From: Flaccisagitta enflata
Taxonomy: Eukaryota
DNA: 64,000 nucleotides
Direction of reading: 5' to 3'
NCBI GenBank assembly: GCA_965153355.1
Contig: OZ231126.1
Location: 26,226,001 to 26,290,000, forward strand
The notes beneath the pieces are model-generated. The model saw only the letters and a list, made by a program, of their open reading frames with translations. It searched no databases and was not told the origin of the DNA. This document shows, in pieces, positions 31,931-46,037 of this stretch. The position numbers and the translations under genes were made by a program. The stretch's first letter is position 1. Every line of letters begins with the position of its first letter.

Positions 31931-32550
31931 GATGCTCTCATATCATGTATTTCCATCGATGGAAACAATTCTCTGCTAGACTGCTCCGCACTGAAGCAAA
32001 ACAGAGAGAGGGTGATGGAACAATGGCCATGGGCGCAGAGCACGTCAACGATTATCACAAGACTCTCATAGCTTGGACTCAGAGAGAGACAGGACTGATG
32101 CAGAGAGACAGAGACAGCGAGATAGTGAGAGGGCGAGAAACAGAGGCAGAGACGGAGACAGGCACAGACCTGAAAAGAGATGAAGAGAGTTCAGAGTGAA
32201 ACTTCAGTGTCAAACAGACACTGTACAAGTCTAGACAGAGATTATTTCTCCGCTTCCATCTACCCTAACCAACCCCTTCCCCTCCGCCTCCCCTTCCCCA
32301 CCAAGCCTCTCTCTGTTCTTGGGCAATGTTGGAAATAATTTGACGACTTTTACAAGCAATCCGAAGATTCTGGCGCATTTTATACGACATGACGACAATT
32401 TACCATGTTCTGCTGCAAAATGCCCGGATAAACAAATACAATGCAATACAAAACTTATCCTTCTTATCTTTGATGATCTTGTGTCAGAGTCCATTTTTGA
32501 AGGTTCCCCTCTGTGTGTCTGTTTATCCGGCTTTCTGATGATACATCTAT

Positions 32551-32795
32551 CTTTTTAGTTGCGGACACGTAACTCTATAAGAGGCTTTGTCCATCCATCC
32601 GTCTGTCGGTCCGTCCGTGATGATCGAGTTGAAAAGTAGAAAAACGAGCGTTTTAGATACATGCGTTTTAGATACATGCGTTTTGGATACATGTTTGTGT
32701 GTGGGAGGGACGTGGGGTGGGGGTTGGGGTGTGGATGAGGGTTGGATGCCCCTGTCCACCCATCCGCAACGATGTTGTGACCCCGCGTCACTTGT
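32551..32795 (+). mobile_element. DINE-1/Helentron-like element, AGTTGCG family
   Basis: Same termini and core as 2944-3094; 3' hairpin GTGACCCCGCGTCAC then TTGTT; minus-strand copy at 50777-51037. Confidence 0.7.
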
Positions 32796-32816
32796 TCTAT
32801 TTCTGTCCTCTCTCTT

Positions 32817-32852
<36 letters not shown>

Positions 32853-33704
32853 CATTCATCTACCTACAGCTACGCCGTTTAGCCAATTCAAAATAATTGA
32901 ATACGCTTCAAATGCCTCTGACGTAAAAGTCTAGAATGCTTTTTCAACTGAGGCCAAAAAAAGCTATAATTTTCGCGTTTTTCGACATTGATGACAATCC
33001 ACTTTCCGAGTCAACAACAACGGCCTCGATGTCAACTTGACATTGATTACAGTCACCTCTCAATGTCAACTTCGGTGTCAAACTCGGCCTCGGTGCCATT
33101 TTGACACTGACGACCACCACCACACATTCGTAGTCATCGTTAGCGTTATTAGAGTTCTCTGAAGAAAAAAAGAAGAAATGACAAACAAGGAGAAAAAATA
33201 GAAAAAATGAATACAAAAAGAAAAAAGGAGAAAGTTATGAAAAGAAAGTAAAGTAAAAAAAAAAACAAAAACAAAAACAAAAAAAACTAAGTAAAGAACA
33301 AAACAAAACAAAGCAAGACCAAAACAAAATTGAAAAAAAAAATCAACATTAAAAGCAGGAACAAATCTTGTCATTATTTATCGAAAATTTAGTGCGTTTT
33401 GCTTGCGCAAATTATTTTCTCCATGGTTCAGCTTTACTTCGCACTTACAGTTCATACGCCTGCCAAAGGATTTTTAAAGGAATTTGGAAGAAATTTAATC
33501 TTCTTTTCTTCCTTTTGATTCCGATTTTCTCGCCTTAAGCTTGGCTCTGTCTGTTTTTTTTTCTTTTCCCCCCTTTTTAACTTCATTCAGTCCTTTTCGA
33601 TTCCTTTTTCCTCTCTTTCGCTTTCTTATTCTCTCTTTCTTCTCTTTCCTCTTTTACAGTCGTAAAAACTTCGTTTTCAGTTTGAAATTCGATTTGGTTT
33701 CCCC

Positions 33705-33795
<91 letters not shown>

Positions 33796-33959
33796 TTGCT
33801 GTCAGACCATGATTATGGCGGCCATAATCTTTAAACCTTATCTAAGGCAATGATTTTCATGGAAAAGGGAACGAGCATAGAGTGGACCCTTAAAAAGCCC
33901 CTTAAAGGCCCCTAAAAGGTCCGAGGAGCCTAGAGCCATGGATTTTAAAACAGAAGCAA

Positions 33960-34058
<99 letters not shown>

Positions 34059-34059
34059 C

Positions 34060-34090
<31 letters not shown>

Positions 34091-34214
34091 GAGAGAGAGA
34101 CAGAGAGAGAGAGAGAACTTTCAATGCCATATTGCCTTATGCCATATTGCCTTATTGGCTCCTTTTTTTCCCTCTTTAATTTATTTTCAGTTTTTATTAG
34201 CGGGGAGGGAAAAC

Positions 34215-34320
<106 letters not shown>

Positions 34321-35345
34321 GCAAGAGAAAGAGCAAGAAAGAGCAACTGCAGCGGGAGAACATTTTACGGCACTTTTAAACTTGTTATTTTTGCATTTTT
34401 TCTCCCTTTCCTTCCTTTCCCTCTTTCTGAGGGGCTCTCATTATTGATTTTACGGTTCTCCTCCTCCTCTTTTACTCTTTCACTCTTCTCTTTTCTCTTT
34501 TCTTTTTCATCTTTTCTCCTCCCACTCTCTTTACCCACTATCTCTGTCCTGTTCATGAGAAGGAGAGGCCTGATTGACTTTCCATTCATTGACGAGTCGT
34601 AAAAAACGTAAAACGATGAAAAGACGCTTTCATTTACCTCTTGAATGTTTAGTCGCTTTTTTTGCCACTGATTCTCGCTTTGCTTTGCTCTTGGTCGTTT
34701 CTTTGCTCTCTTTTCTCATTGAAATGTGTCACTACACCTCTTTTATCGCGCTTCTTTCTCCGTGTACAACCACATTGAAAACAAATATTTCTGAATGTGC
34801 TCACAGTACGTCCATGAACTCTCCAAAGGATACGTATACATGATGCAAAAAAGGTGGAGGTAGCCATGCATTTCTGTCTGGAGCAATGTTGTATATCCTC
34901 ACCACCACCATCATCATTCCCTTCATCATCATCCTCTTCCTCCTTTTCGTCATGATCCGGTCTGTCCTCTCTTACCCTGTCGTCCGCTGTCGTCCTCTGT
35001 CGGCCCCTGTCGCTTCTTATTTGTGTTTTTTGTCCGCGCTGTCACTTGCGCCTTCTTTCTTTTTCAGTTCATCCTCCTCCTTATTTTCCTCCTCCTCCTT
35101 CTCCTCCTCTCCCTCCACCTCAGCAACATTTCCTTTGTACCTTTCCCCCTGTCAACTTATTATAGTTGAACCTCCATTTCATTCAATAATGTTTTATTTT
35201 CTTTCTCTCCTTGTTTTCCTCTTATTTAATTCATCAACTTTCTCTTTCATTTTTTTCCTTTTGTTTTTCTTCATCTTCCTTTTCTCCTTCAACTCTTTCT
35301 TCTTCTTTTCCTTCCTCTACTTTACCTTCAATCCTCTCTTCTTCA

Positions 35346-35833
35346 TTTTTGGGCAGCGGCCCCGAAGGGGACAAAGTCCTGTGGAACAGGGGACTTTGTC
35401 TGTCCCTGTTCGTCCAGTGTCCCCTCTCTAGGCCCCTTCAGGCCTGAAATCTGCCTTCAGATTTCGGGTAATCTGGGCCTCTCAGGCCTGGAAATCTGCC
35501 CTCTCAGGCCTTGAATCTGCCCTCTGTTTGAACACCTGCCTCAGATTTGGGTTATTTGGCCCTTCAGGTTTGGAATGCCTACTTGAAATCTTGCCCTCTC
35601 AGATCTCAAGGCCTGAGAGGGCAGGATTTCAGGCCTGAGAGGGCAGATTTTAGGCCTGAGAGAGATTTCAGACCTGAGAGGGTCTGGGGGTGGATGGACG
35701 GACGGAGAACGAAAGTCCTCCTGTGTTCTACAGGACTTCGTCCTCTTTCAGGCTGCTGCCCTGCCTCTCATTCCGATTTATAACAAAAGTAGGCAACGGG
35801 TATCGCTGACTAACATTGCCCTTGAAGAATTCT
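35346..35833 (+). mobile_element. GGGCAGCGGCCCC-family non-autonomous element
   Basis: TTTTTGGGCAGCGGCCCGAAGGGGACAAAGTCCTGT start; internal AGGCCTGAGAGGGCAGATTT repeats in both orientations. Confidence 0.7.
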
Positions 35834-36167
35834 GTTCATTCCTGTTAACCCTTTCTTCATAGTCTTCCTCCGCCTTCTCTCCTTGTCTTCTCCTCTGCCT
35901 TGTTCCTCCCTGTCTCTTCCTCGTCTTCCTTCGTCTTCTCCTGTCTTGGTTCTTGTCTCTTCCTCCTTCTCCTCCTTCTCTTCTTCTCCTCGTCTTGTTT
36001 TCCTTGCCCATTCCTTCCCTTGTCTTCTTTCTGCCCTTGTCTTGTTCTCCCCGTCTTCTCCTCCTCGTCTTCTCCTCCTCGTCTTGTTCTCCTCGTCTTG
36101 TTCTCCTCGTCAACCTCTCCCTCACATCCGGCTGTTTGAGGAAAGCGATTTATTTTCTCTTCCTTCT

Positions 36168-36207
36168 TGATTTATGTTCCTCCGATTGACCCTTTGACCT
36201 CTGACCC
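36168..36207. promoter_or_regulatory. candidate enhancer core: Pbx/Exd-Hox site plus three tandem nuclear-receptor half-sites (DR2+DR1)
   Basis: TGATTTATG at 36168-36176; TGACCC-TT-TGACCT-C-TGACCC at 36187-36207. Confidence 0.35.
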
Positions 36208-38339
36208 GGGCGTCACTCCAAGAAGCTGCCAAAGAGCCTCATTCAAAAAACCACAATAAATTTCAAAGGGACCGACTTTAAAGAGAAGGAAAGAGAGTTA
36301 GTGAGAGTGAGAGAGACAGAATGGTTAAGGAAAAAAAAACAAGAAAGAACAAGTGAAAAAAACGACTAGGGTGGGTTTTCTCTTAGGGAAAAGGAAAAGT
36401 GGGAGGGAGTTAAATCAGTTTAGTAATGGGTGGACAGGACCATGGGGATACTGTCAGTAATGATCCTTGCGAGACTCAGTAAGCCTATGCAAGTGGTTAA
36501 GAGTGGATGTTCAAGAATGGAAATCGACCCAAATCGTTTTGAAAAACAAGGCCGTATACACTCGCGGACGGGTGGGCAGGAGCGGAATAGTAAGCAAGCC
36601 CAAGAGGGCAACAGTCGCGTGCGTCTGGAAATGACAAACAAAAGGCCGTGCGTTATGTATTGATACAATGTCGAAACAATGTCGATACGATATCGAGACG
36701 CCGTCGATACAATATCGATATGATACAATACCCAAAATACCCAAAAACACCCATTCTCATTCCCATGTGAGTCTCTACGGGTGACCACTGCACTGAATCT
36801 TAAAGTTAAAGACTCATAAGACGAGGGGAAACTCTTCATTCTGAAATTTTGAAACTCGGGACTTCGAGACTTGAAGGCGTTGAGACTTGAGCTCTCGACA
36901 TTCTGGGAATTCAGACCTCCCCCAATGATGATCACATAGCTCCAAGACACACAGATCATAGCCAACGGATAAACTTAACTAAAACCCTCCTACAGTCTAC
37001 AGTACGGATACATCACGAAATATCTTTGATAGCCTACGCTCGGCCATGTACAAATAGTTTTAAAAATCTCTTCCTAGTTACTGCTGCACTCAGCAAAAAA
37101 CGGGAAACTTCATTTCATTCAATGTCAGGACTTGTCGCAAAATCCACTCAGCTTATCCTGACAAGATACCGCATAAAAAGCCCACTGGAGATCTAGAGAG
37201 TCCCATGACACTTATCGCTTAACAATAACCGTTTAACCCATACAACCACCCCTTATCCCGAGATTCCCGACCTACCACTCCCTCGGCCCACTTGTCCATC
37301 CCCTAAACCTTCACAGCTACCCCTATTTTTCTTTGAATCCCGTCCGAAGTTTCTTTCTCTTTTTCCCTTCTCTTGGACCTTTCCGTTCCAATTAAGTCTT
37401 ATAAAAGATTCAGCATTTTCTTCGACATCTTTGACGTCGGACGTCTCTCTCTCACTCTCTCTCTCTCTCTCTTTCTCTCTCTCGTTCTTTCCATCGCATG
37501 CCCCGCGTGGGACATGTGCGTGCGACTATATCAAAATCCGAATATGCACACGCACGATCTTACTCGTTTCATGTGACTCTGACATTCTGCTCGTGCATGT
37601 ATAAGCTGTTACGCAGCTTTATAGAAGGAAAATCCGCGCAAGTTACGAGAACTTTTTTCTCAAACTCATATCCTAATCAAACACGATAAGTTGTAAACGA
37701 AAACCAAGCTAAAAGCTGTGGAAATAGTACAAAGATAATTGAATAGTTAACCAAAAGTATAAATCATTAAATTACTTAGAATCGAATATCGGCTCCCTGC
37801 CCCTCTCACCTTCACCTTTTTCCACCATTCTCTCGTTATAAAAAGATAGCCAGTTTCTTATCGAATTCCGTGTCATTTAACGTAAGACCACCACCCAAAT
37901 AGAATCTTCAGGCTCCCAATTGGATACATTCTGAACGTCGAATATCAATTCCTCCTCCCACTTTTCATCTAAACTGATCATAATCGACTCCAGTTCTCCT
38001 CATCATCGTCTTTCACACTTAGTCTCTAAGCATTTATTCCACTGAATCCCATTCACTACCTCCCCTAACTTCTCCTTTACAAATGCAACCCATCATTTCT
38101 TCCCTTCGTCTATCTTCTCCGCTTATACCATGCCCCCTCCCTCCTCTATTCCTCGTTCCCATGTGAACACCATCCTTGCTTGTGTGACCACCCCCCCCCT
38201 TTCTCCTATCACAACATTCTTCCCATTCCCCCCCCCAACTCCTGATGAATATCACCTTTGCATCGGAAACCATTTCTTACCCCTTCATTCCTAGTTACCT
38301 TCTGAGTATCACCCTCACATAGGCCTCATCTTTCCCTCC

Positions 38340-38625
38340 GCCATTCCCCACTTTCCCCTTCCATTTCTCGTTCCCTCATGAATATTATCCACCCCCACCA
38401 CCATTCCCCACTTTCCCCTTCGTTCCTCGTTCACTTGTGAATATCATCCACCCCCCCATTCATTCCCCACTTTCCCCCCTCCATTTCTCGTTCGCTCATG
38501 AATATCAACCACCCCCACTTCCATTCCCCACTTCCCCCCTCCATTCCTCGTTCCCTCATGAGTATCATCCACCCCCACTTCCATTCCCCACTTTCCCCCT
38601 CCATTCCTCGTTCCCTTGTGAATAT
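38340..38625. repeat. 60-bp tandem repeat, about 5 copies
   Basis: Unit CCATTCCCCACTTTCCCCCTCCATTCCTCGTTCCCTCATGAATATCATCCACCCCCACTT. Confidence 0.92.
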
Positions 38626-38979
38626 CTTCCTCGCTTTGGCACTGGTTCGTTCGTCGCAGAAGACCGCGTTGACCAGTCAAGCGAAATGCAATGCCTATGA
38701 GAAGATAGCAAGATGGGAATCATGATTCCAGTTGGAGAGAAGACGAAGAGGGAATAAACGGAGGACGAGGAGAGATAGAGAGAGAGGGGGGAGGGTGAAT
38801 AAAAGAAAGAAAAGAGTATATTGTGAGGATGATAACCGAGAGAGCCAAATGAGAGAAGAAAGGCGAAGGCAAACGAAAAGAAGGAGGATGGACTTGGTGG
38901 GAGAAAACGAGGGAGAATTTGACAAAGACTGGAATAAATAATCAAAGAGAAATTGTTTCACTGGTCTTAATTGTGGATA

Positions 38980-39565
38980 CTATCTAGGAAATATGTTTAG
39001 CAACACCTTTAAACAGAGATATTTCAACTTCTCATTTAAATAAGAGTAGAAAATTCATGAGTATTTTAATCTACGCCAAAAGATCTACAATCAGAGTGCA
39101 ATCTTGTCACTGTGCATCAAACCATTTGGAAATGCCATTAGTTTGAAGTTGATCAAATACTTTGAAAAATGGCAAAAAAAAATGGGACTCCTACCCTTCC
39201 ATCTTTGAAATTCTCTTTAATTTTACCAAAAAATGATAAAGACATGCGGATTTCACCACTGGTTAGCTCTTGAGCTCTAGTTTGATAATTTCATGGATAT
39301 TAAGGCAGATTTAAAATGAAAAGTAGCCCAATTTTGCAGTCAAAATAACCAAAAATCTACTGTTTTTACCGCAACCACCTCTTGGTTGTGATAAATAAAC
39401 CAAACTTGCGGTCCCTATATTGGATTGAAGATTGTTTTTCTCTTTTGTTCTAGTTAGTATAATTACAAAAATAACCAAAAACAATCAAAAACCTAAGTTT
39501 TGTGAACATGAGGGGGCAAAACATACTGTCAACCATAAGTGTTGCTAAACTTTTTTCCTAGATAG
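38980..39565. mobile_element. TA-flanked MITE (Tc1/mariner-type)
   Basis: TA|CTATCTAGGAAATATGTTTAGCAACAC ... GTGTTGCTAAACTTTTTTCCTAGATAG|TA. Confidence 0.75.
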
Positions 39566-39654
39566 TAGTATTCAAACCCCAAGTATCACCAACTCATGAA
39601 CAAAAGCCTGTTTGTGTCAAGATCCTCGTCACCTCAATGCTAACCCACATACAT

Positions 39655-39991
39655 TGGGGGCCGCGATAGAACATGATTTTGGCTTTACCACTTGGATATA
39701 TGTGCAATGTGTTTCTGGTGGCTTGCTAAAACTCAATCTCAAATTTAGGGGGCTTGTGACAAGAAGAACTACTTCCGTGCCACACCCTCATTCTCCATTG
39801 TAAATATAGGAGTTTTCTCTTGCTCTTCCTCCTCCTTATACATTTCAAGGCAAATATGGGGTGTTGCACGGAAGTAAATGTTGTTATCTGATGCTGTTTT
39901 CCTTTAACACATAAGGTGTATATGTTATTGCGCACTGTTCAATCATATGCCCGAGTGGCAACGCCAAAATCATGTTCTATCGCGGCCCCCA
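39655..39991. mobile_element. MITE with 8-bp target-site duplication (hAT-like)
   Basis: Perfect TSD ACATACAT (39647-39654 and 39992-39999); TIR TGGGGGCCGCGATAGAACATGATTTTGGC. Confidence 0.88.
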
Positions 39992-40209
39992 ACATACATG
40001 ATCCTTTCTCTAATCACATATTTGCCATTGCCATGCCCATTCTTGCGGAACCAAAACATTTTTCCTATCGCCTTCGTTGCACTTTAAAACATTTCTACTG
40101 TCCTGTTCATACATTTCCGCCTTTCGCCACTGCAACATCCAGCCAACCCTAGCCATTTTTTACCTCCACCATTTTTGCTCTTCGTCATTGTTCTCAATAA
40201 ATACTTCTT

Positions 40210-40545
40210 GCTATCGCCATTGCCCTGTCTAGCAAAGTCATGTCATTTTCGCCTATCGCCATTGCCCCGTCCAGCCAAGTCAAGCCATTTCGGCCCATCG
40301 CCACGGCCCCGTCCAGCCAACACAGACCATTTTTGCCCATCGCCATTGCCTTGTCCAGCCAACACAGACCATTTTCGCCCATCGCCATTGCCCCGTCCAG
40401 CCAAGTCAAGCCATTTTCGCCCATCGCCACGGCCCCGTCCAGCCAACACAGACCATTTTCGCCCATCGCCACGGCCCCTTATGGCCAACACAGACCATTT
40501 TCGCCCATCGCCATTGCCTTGTCCAGCCAAACCAAGCCCTTTCCG
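40210..40545. repeat. 42-bp minisatellite
   Basis: Unit CCATCGCCA(TT/CG)GCCCCGTCCAGCCAA(GTCAAG/CACAGA)CCATTTTCGC. Confidence 0.9.
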
Positions 40546-41040
40546 ACCCCTGAGAGGGAGCGACCTTTTAACCTCAAAAGTTGGGCATTGACCAGTCAAA
40601 TGACGGGCAGCCTTTGCTCGCCTTTGCTTCGGGTTTTGCTCGCGGGCGAATGGCAAACATCGAGAGGAACAAACTTTGCCGCGGTTCGCGGAGGCGGTTG
40701 CAGCCGCTGTGATGGCGGATATGTGAAGATGTTGGTAGCTGTGGTTGCAAGAGCATCGGAGGCGTTGGTGGCTATGGTGACAGCGCAAGTTGGTCGATAG
40801 CGGCTGTGATAGTAGAACATTGGAGGCCTTGGTGGCTGTGGTGGCATCGCATGTGGGTCGATGGTGGTTGTGGTAGCAGAGCATCGGGGGTGTTGGTGGC
40901 TGCGGTGATGGCGCATTGGGGTCGATGATTTTGATGCCATGGCGGCTAGGATGAAGTGGGTGCGAGGAGCAAAGGTGGGGTCAAAAATCGCCTTAGCTAA
41001 GGCCATGACATTAACAAGTAATTGAAGCCTCACCCCCCCA

Positions 41041-41416
41041 AAACAAGCCCAAGAGGGCAACAGTCGCGTGCGTCTGGCAATGACAAACAAAAGAACGAAA
41101 TCATGTTGAAATGTTAAGAATGTTAAAAAAAGTTAAAAGATGTTAAAGAATAATAGAGAATGTTAGAAAATGTTAAAAAGTGTTAAAAACTTAGAAATAT
41201 CAAAAAAGGTAAAATTTGAGGAAATGTTAAAAAATGTTGAAAAATTCTAAAAAATGTTAAAAGATGTAAAGAATGTTAAGAAACGTCAAAACATGTTAAG
41301 AAACGTTAAAATGATCAAAAATTTAGAAATATTTGTTTTGGACCGACCGACCGACCGACCGACCGACCGACCGACCAACAGACCAAGGTGTAGAGTCGCG
41401 TGCACGCGACTAAAAA
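41041..41416 (-). mobile_element. DINE-1/Helentron-like element with internal AAATGTTAA repeats
   Basis: ACAAGCCCAAGAGGGC hairpin, AGTCGCGTGC subterminal repeat, (GACC)n and AGTCGCGTGCACGCGACTAAAA end; partial copy at 36594-36645. Confidence 0.7.
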
Positions 41417-41563
41417 GCTGTTATTACATAAGGGCAGTTGAGAGAGTACCAAAGAGATACAAAAAAAGACAAAAGATACAACTTAATCAAATTAAAAGAA
41501 TAGGTACAGATAAAAAGGCTTTGACCGTTCGTTTCCCCTGTCTGTCTGTCCTATGTACATGTA

Positions 41564-41693
<130 letters not shown>

Positions 41694-42974
41694 TTTTTTC
41701 TCCTTGCACCATCACACTCCCTCTTTCGCTGTCGTGTGTTCGCGTGATCTCGGCCCTGCAACGAGTCATGAATCCCAAATCGCGTTTTGCTGACAGAAAA
41801 TTTGGATTCCAACAAAAAAAAAAAAGAGGCAGAAAAAAGAAGCAAAAAAAGGAAAAATGGAAGACTAAAAAAAGAAAAAGAACAGAACTGAAAGCTTGGA
41901 GGAGAAGCGAAAAAAAGAAGCTGGCTAACTTTTTCGGGGTCAAGATCTCACCAAGAATAAAGAGACAGATGGAAATGGATGATGATGATGAAAAAGGGAG
42001 AGGAAGAAGAGGAAGAAGAAAAGAAGAAGAAGAAGAAGAAGAAGAAGACGAAGACGAAGACGAAGACGAAGACGAAGAAGAAGAAGAAGAAGAAGAAGAG
42101 GGAGGGAGGGAATAAACAATGAAAGAAGGATAGTCACTGAAGTCTGTAATAAAAACCTTATTTGCATATCGCAGTTTTAAGATGATTGCTCCATTGTGAT
42201 GTCATTTAGTTGAAATACAGTCAATTGGACTTAGAACTACGACTTTGAATTAGATTTTGCTTCAATGTGAAATAAAAAAAAAAACTATCGCGCATTAAAA
42301 AAGCATCAATATTGTCTTGTGTTTCACGTAGCCTACCGCGAATCAGATTTCTATTGATGAATAAATATTTAAAAAAAACTCATCATATCAGAGATAACAT
42401 ATATCGTCGGACTGTAGTCAACGTTACGGATTGGGTCGCCACGGTCCTTCCTTGGCAAGAAAATATAGATAAAGTTCTGGGGGGAGTAAAGAAGAATCCA
42501 GGACAGTTAATAAGCAGACAGAACAAACGGAAGAGAGTATGAGGGACAGAAAGAATAGCAAGGAGGTTGAAATTTGAATAAGAAAAGATATACAATTGTT
42601 TAAAGGAACAAACAAGAGAAGTCAAAAGGAGAGCCAACAAAGCGAAGAACTACAGAGAGATAGAAAATCGATTGAATTAGTTCCCGAAATCAAATTTAAG
42701 TCATGACACGTCCAATAACCTCATGAGACTAAGCTTGGGGTAGTAATGTAGTGAATGGAGGATGAAGGGAAGATCACCGATGAAAAGGGAGGAGGAGTTT
42801 GGAGAGGAAGAGGAGAAGAAGAAGAAGAAGAAGAATGAGCAGTGAATGGAAGAGTAAAAGGAGGAAACTCAGGGGAGGGGAATCAAACGCTAAGTTTGCA
42901 AAGAATGAGATTAGTGACACTGAATCCTCCATCCATCATAATCCCAAATTCAGATACTGTTACAACTGTAGAAT

Positions 42975-43065
<91 letters not shown>

Positions 43066-43166
43066 CCTATAGTCGTTGAAGGAAAGGAGGCTCTTTTAAT
43101 AAAATGGCAGTGAAAAAGTGGGAGGAGAAAAGAGATGGCTTGAAATGGATAGAAGAAGAAGAAGAA

Positions 43167-43213
<47 letters not shown>

Positions 43214-43289
43214 AGAAGAAGAAGAAGAAGAAGAAGAAGAAGAAGAAAAAGAAGAAAAAGAAATGGAAAACAACAACAACAATAACAAT

Positions 43290-43348
<59 letters not shown>

Positions 43349-44507
43349 CCACAACCACAACCACAACCACAACCACAACCACAACAACAACAGAGCGTGG
43401 GGAACTATGAAATTGAATATCATTGAGTAAGAGAAGCAGCGGGGTGGGAGGAGGAGGAGGAAGAGGAGGAAGAGGAGGGGGAATAGCGTTTGATCGATAA
43501 TCGAGGTTAGATTAGGTCAGATTAGTCCTGAGATTAGGTCGACTCGCGCGATCGCGTTTGTCGTCAAAATGTCAAAAGACTCAATTCTTTGGCCTCGTCC
43601 AAAATTAAAGGATTAAGAAACGATTCGCCTTCGGAACCATCAAACTCATTTTTCGCCTCATAATCACTCAGTCAACCGAGAGAGAAGGAGAAGAAAATGT
43701 ACCAAATCTGAGAATGATATCAACTGAAAAAAAATTATCAGCAGTACCATCAGACTAGTAACAATGAGGTTCAGTGACTAAGACAGCCTATTCGGATTGA
43801 TTGAGGGGTTGACCAGCTACAACTACAATTCTTTGATAAGTTGACTCCAGTGATAGTGGGGCATAGTTGTGGCTTCTTGGCTTCAAGCCCCTAAGTAAAT
43901 TCTATCTTGAGTAATAATGAATAAGCACGGTATTCAGTAACTTGTATATCTTCAATCTCACTTATTGACATTTGGTTTATCAGACTTTTTTTCATTTATT
44001 CCTCAATCATATTTCCCGATACCCATCATATCGAGATCTTATTCGACGATGACAGTTAATAGTTTTGAATCAAATTTAATTTACTGAGATTCATTATTCC
44101 TTCCTCCTTGATTTTGAATCGTGGTTGGCCTAAGGAATATTTGATGGATATCCTTGTCAAAAAATTTCACCTTTTTGTATTTTTCGCTATTCCCGAGTCA
44201 ATTATTTCTCCGTCTAAACTAAAGACAGGACAAATACATCTTCTTCCTTTTAAAAAAAGTTATACATCGAGTCTTTTCCCCATTTTTTGCCAGACATTCT
44301 ACTTTTTTTCTTAATTTTGAAACTCATATAAATAAAACACGCAATCTTCTCATTCATTTAAACGAGGGCACAGATTTTTTTTTTCAAATTTGACGTTTAT
44401 CTGAGTTTGATTTTATTCTTCGATTGTCTCTTTAAATGGCCAAGTCGTAGATCAAGAAAGTGATGGGGGGACCCTCTCTATGCCCCCAGGGGGGTTTTCG
44501 TCGACGG

Positions 44508-44591
<84 letters not shown>

Positions 44592-45627
44592 AAATTCCAG
44601 TCTTGAGTCCTTTCCATTGTCCGTGTCAACGAAAAAGGGAGGAGAAGTCAAGTGCCCTTAGCAGCAGGTTATCATCAGCTCTTTAAATAAAAGTTTAATT
44701 TCTTCCTCGACTTTTTTTATTTATGCTTTTTTAATTTCTTCGTTGGCCTTTTTCTCTCTCGGTTTAACATTAAGTACTTCCGCAGTCTCATTTTGATCAG
44801 ATAAAAAAAACATATGCCATGCCAAGTATGCAAATTTTCTTGATACCATTATAAACGTCAACTTAAAAATTATGTACCATATAAGATAAATGGAAATTAT
44901 GGTTTTGTGACAAATGGTTTTATTGATAGCCAACGACAAATGGCGGCAAAATGACATGTCCCGACAGTTTTATGGCAGAAACGATTTAGAGACCAGAAGG
45001 GAATTTAAGTTCATGTAGCAGTAAACGGATTTTGTAAGGCCAAAAACGTTTTGATCAAGCCTAGTCACCTTTTTTAAGAGTTATGACTCATCATTTTACA
45101 TTGTTTTGCTCTTTTTGACCACAGCTATCCTAACCTAAACATTAAAAAGTAATGACCTTGTTTGAGAATTTGATATAGAAGCAATCGTGTGTAAGGGACA
45201 AAAAGAGGCTTTATAGCGAAATTCAACTGTAATTCAGTTCAATAAAATCCAAGTACGAAGAGACCTTAGAACTGATATAATTCTTGGCGTCCGTCTTCGT
45301 ACATCCTCGTTGATAACACCCACGATCTAGACATTTACGTCGTCCAATAATTCTTTATTGAAGGGCCTTTAATCAAGCCAGGTTACGGAAAAACGATGTC
45401 GAAGGAGGGCCAAAAATTATGGCGACTTAATGTAATTGAGTGGAGAATGATTTACTCGCACTAATAAATCCAAATTAATCGTGCTTCTCTCTCTCTCTCT
45501 CTCTCTCTCTGTTGGTCTGTAACGCATTCGTTCGACGATCCACACGTCGCACCTTATTGGCCTACTTGGCCTTGTTTTTTTAATCTTTCCTTTTCCATAC
45601 CCCTAAGTTTCTAAAATTTTATCTCTT

Positions 45628-45777
<150 letters not shown>

Positions 45778-45922
45778 ATCTTCTGTTTTTTTCTCTCTCT
45801 CCTTGCTTCCGATCAATCAATGTTGGTGGCGACGCCGACTGATGATGCATCACATTTCTTCTCCTTCTTTTAGGATTGATCTTTTTAGAAAAAAAGTGAC
45901 ATTTTCTCTCCCTTAAGTTTTG

Positions 45923-46037
<115 letters not shown>

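Noticed and set aside
34970-34990. TACCCTGTCGTCCG, resembling the miR-10 family 5' end
   Set aside because: Diverges after 8 nt and has no complementary arm.
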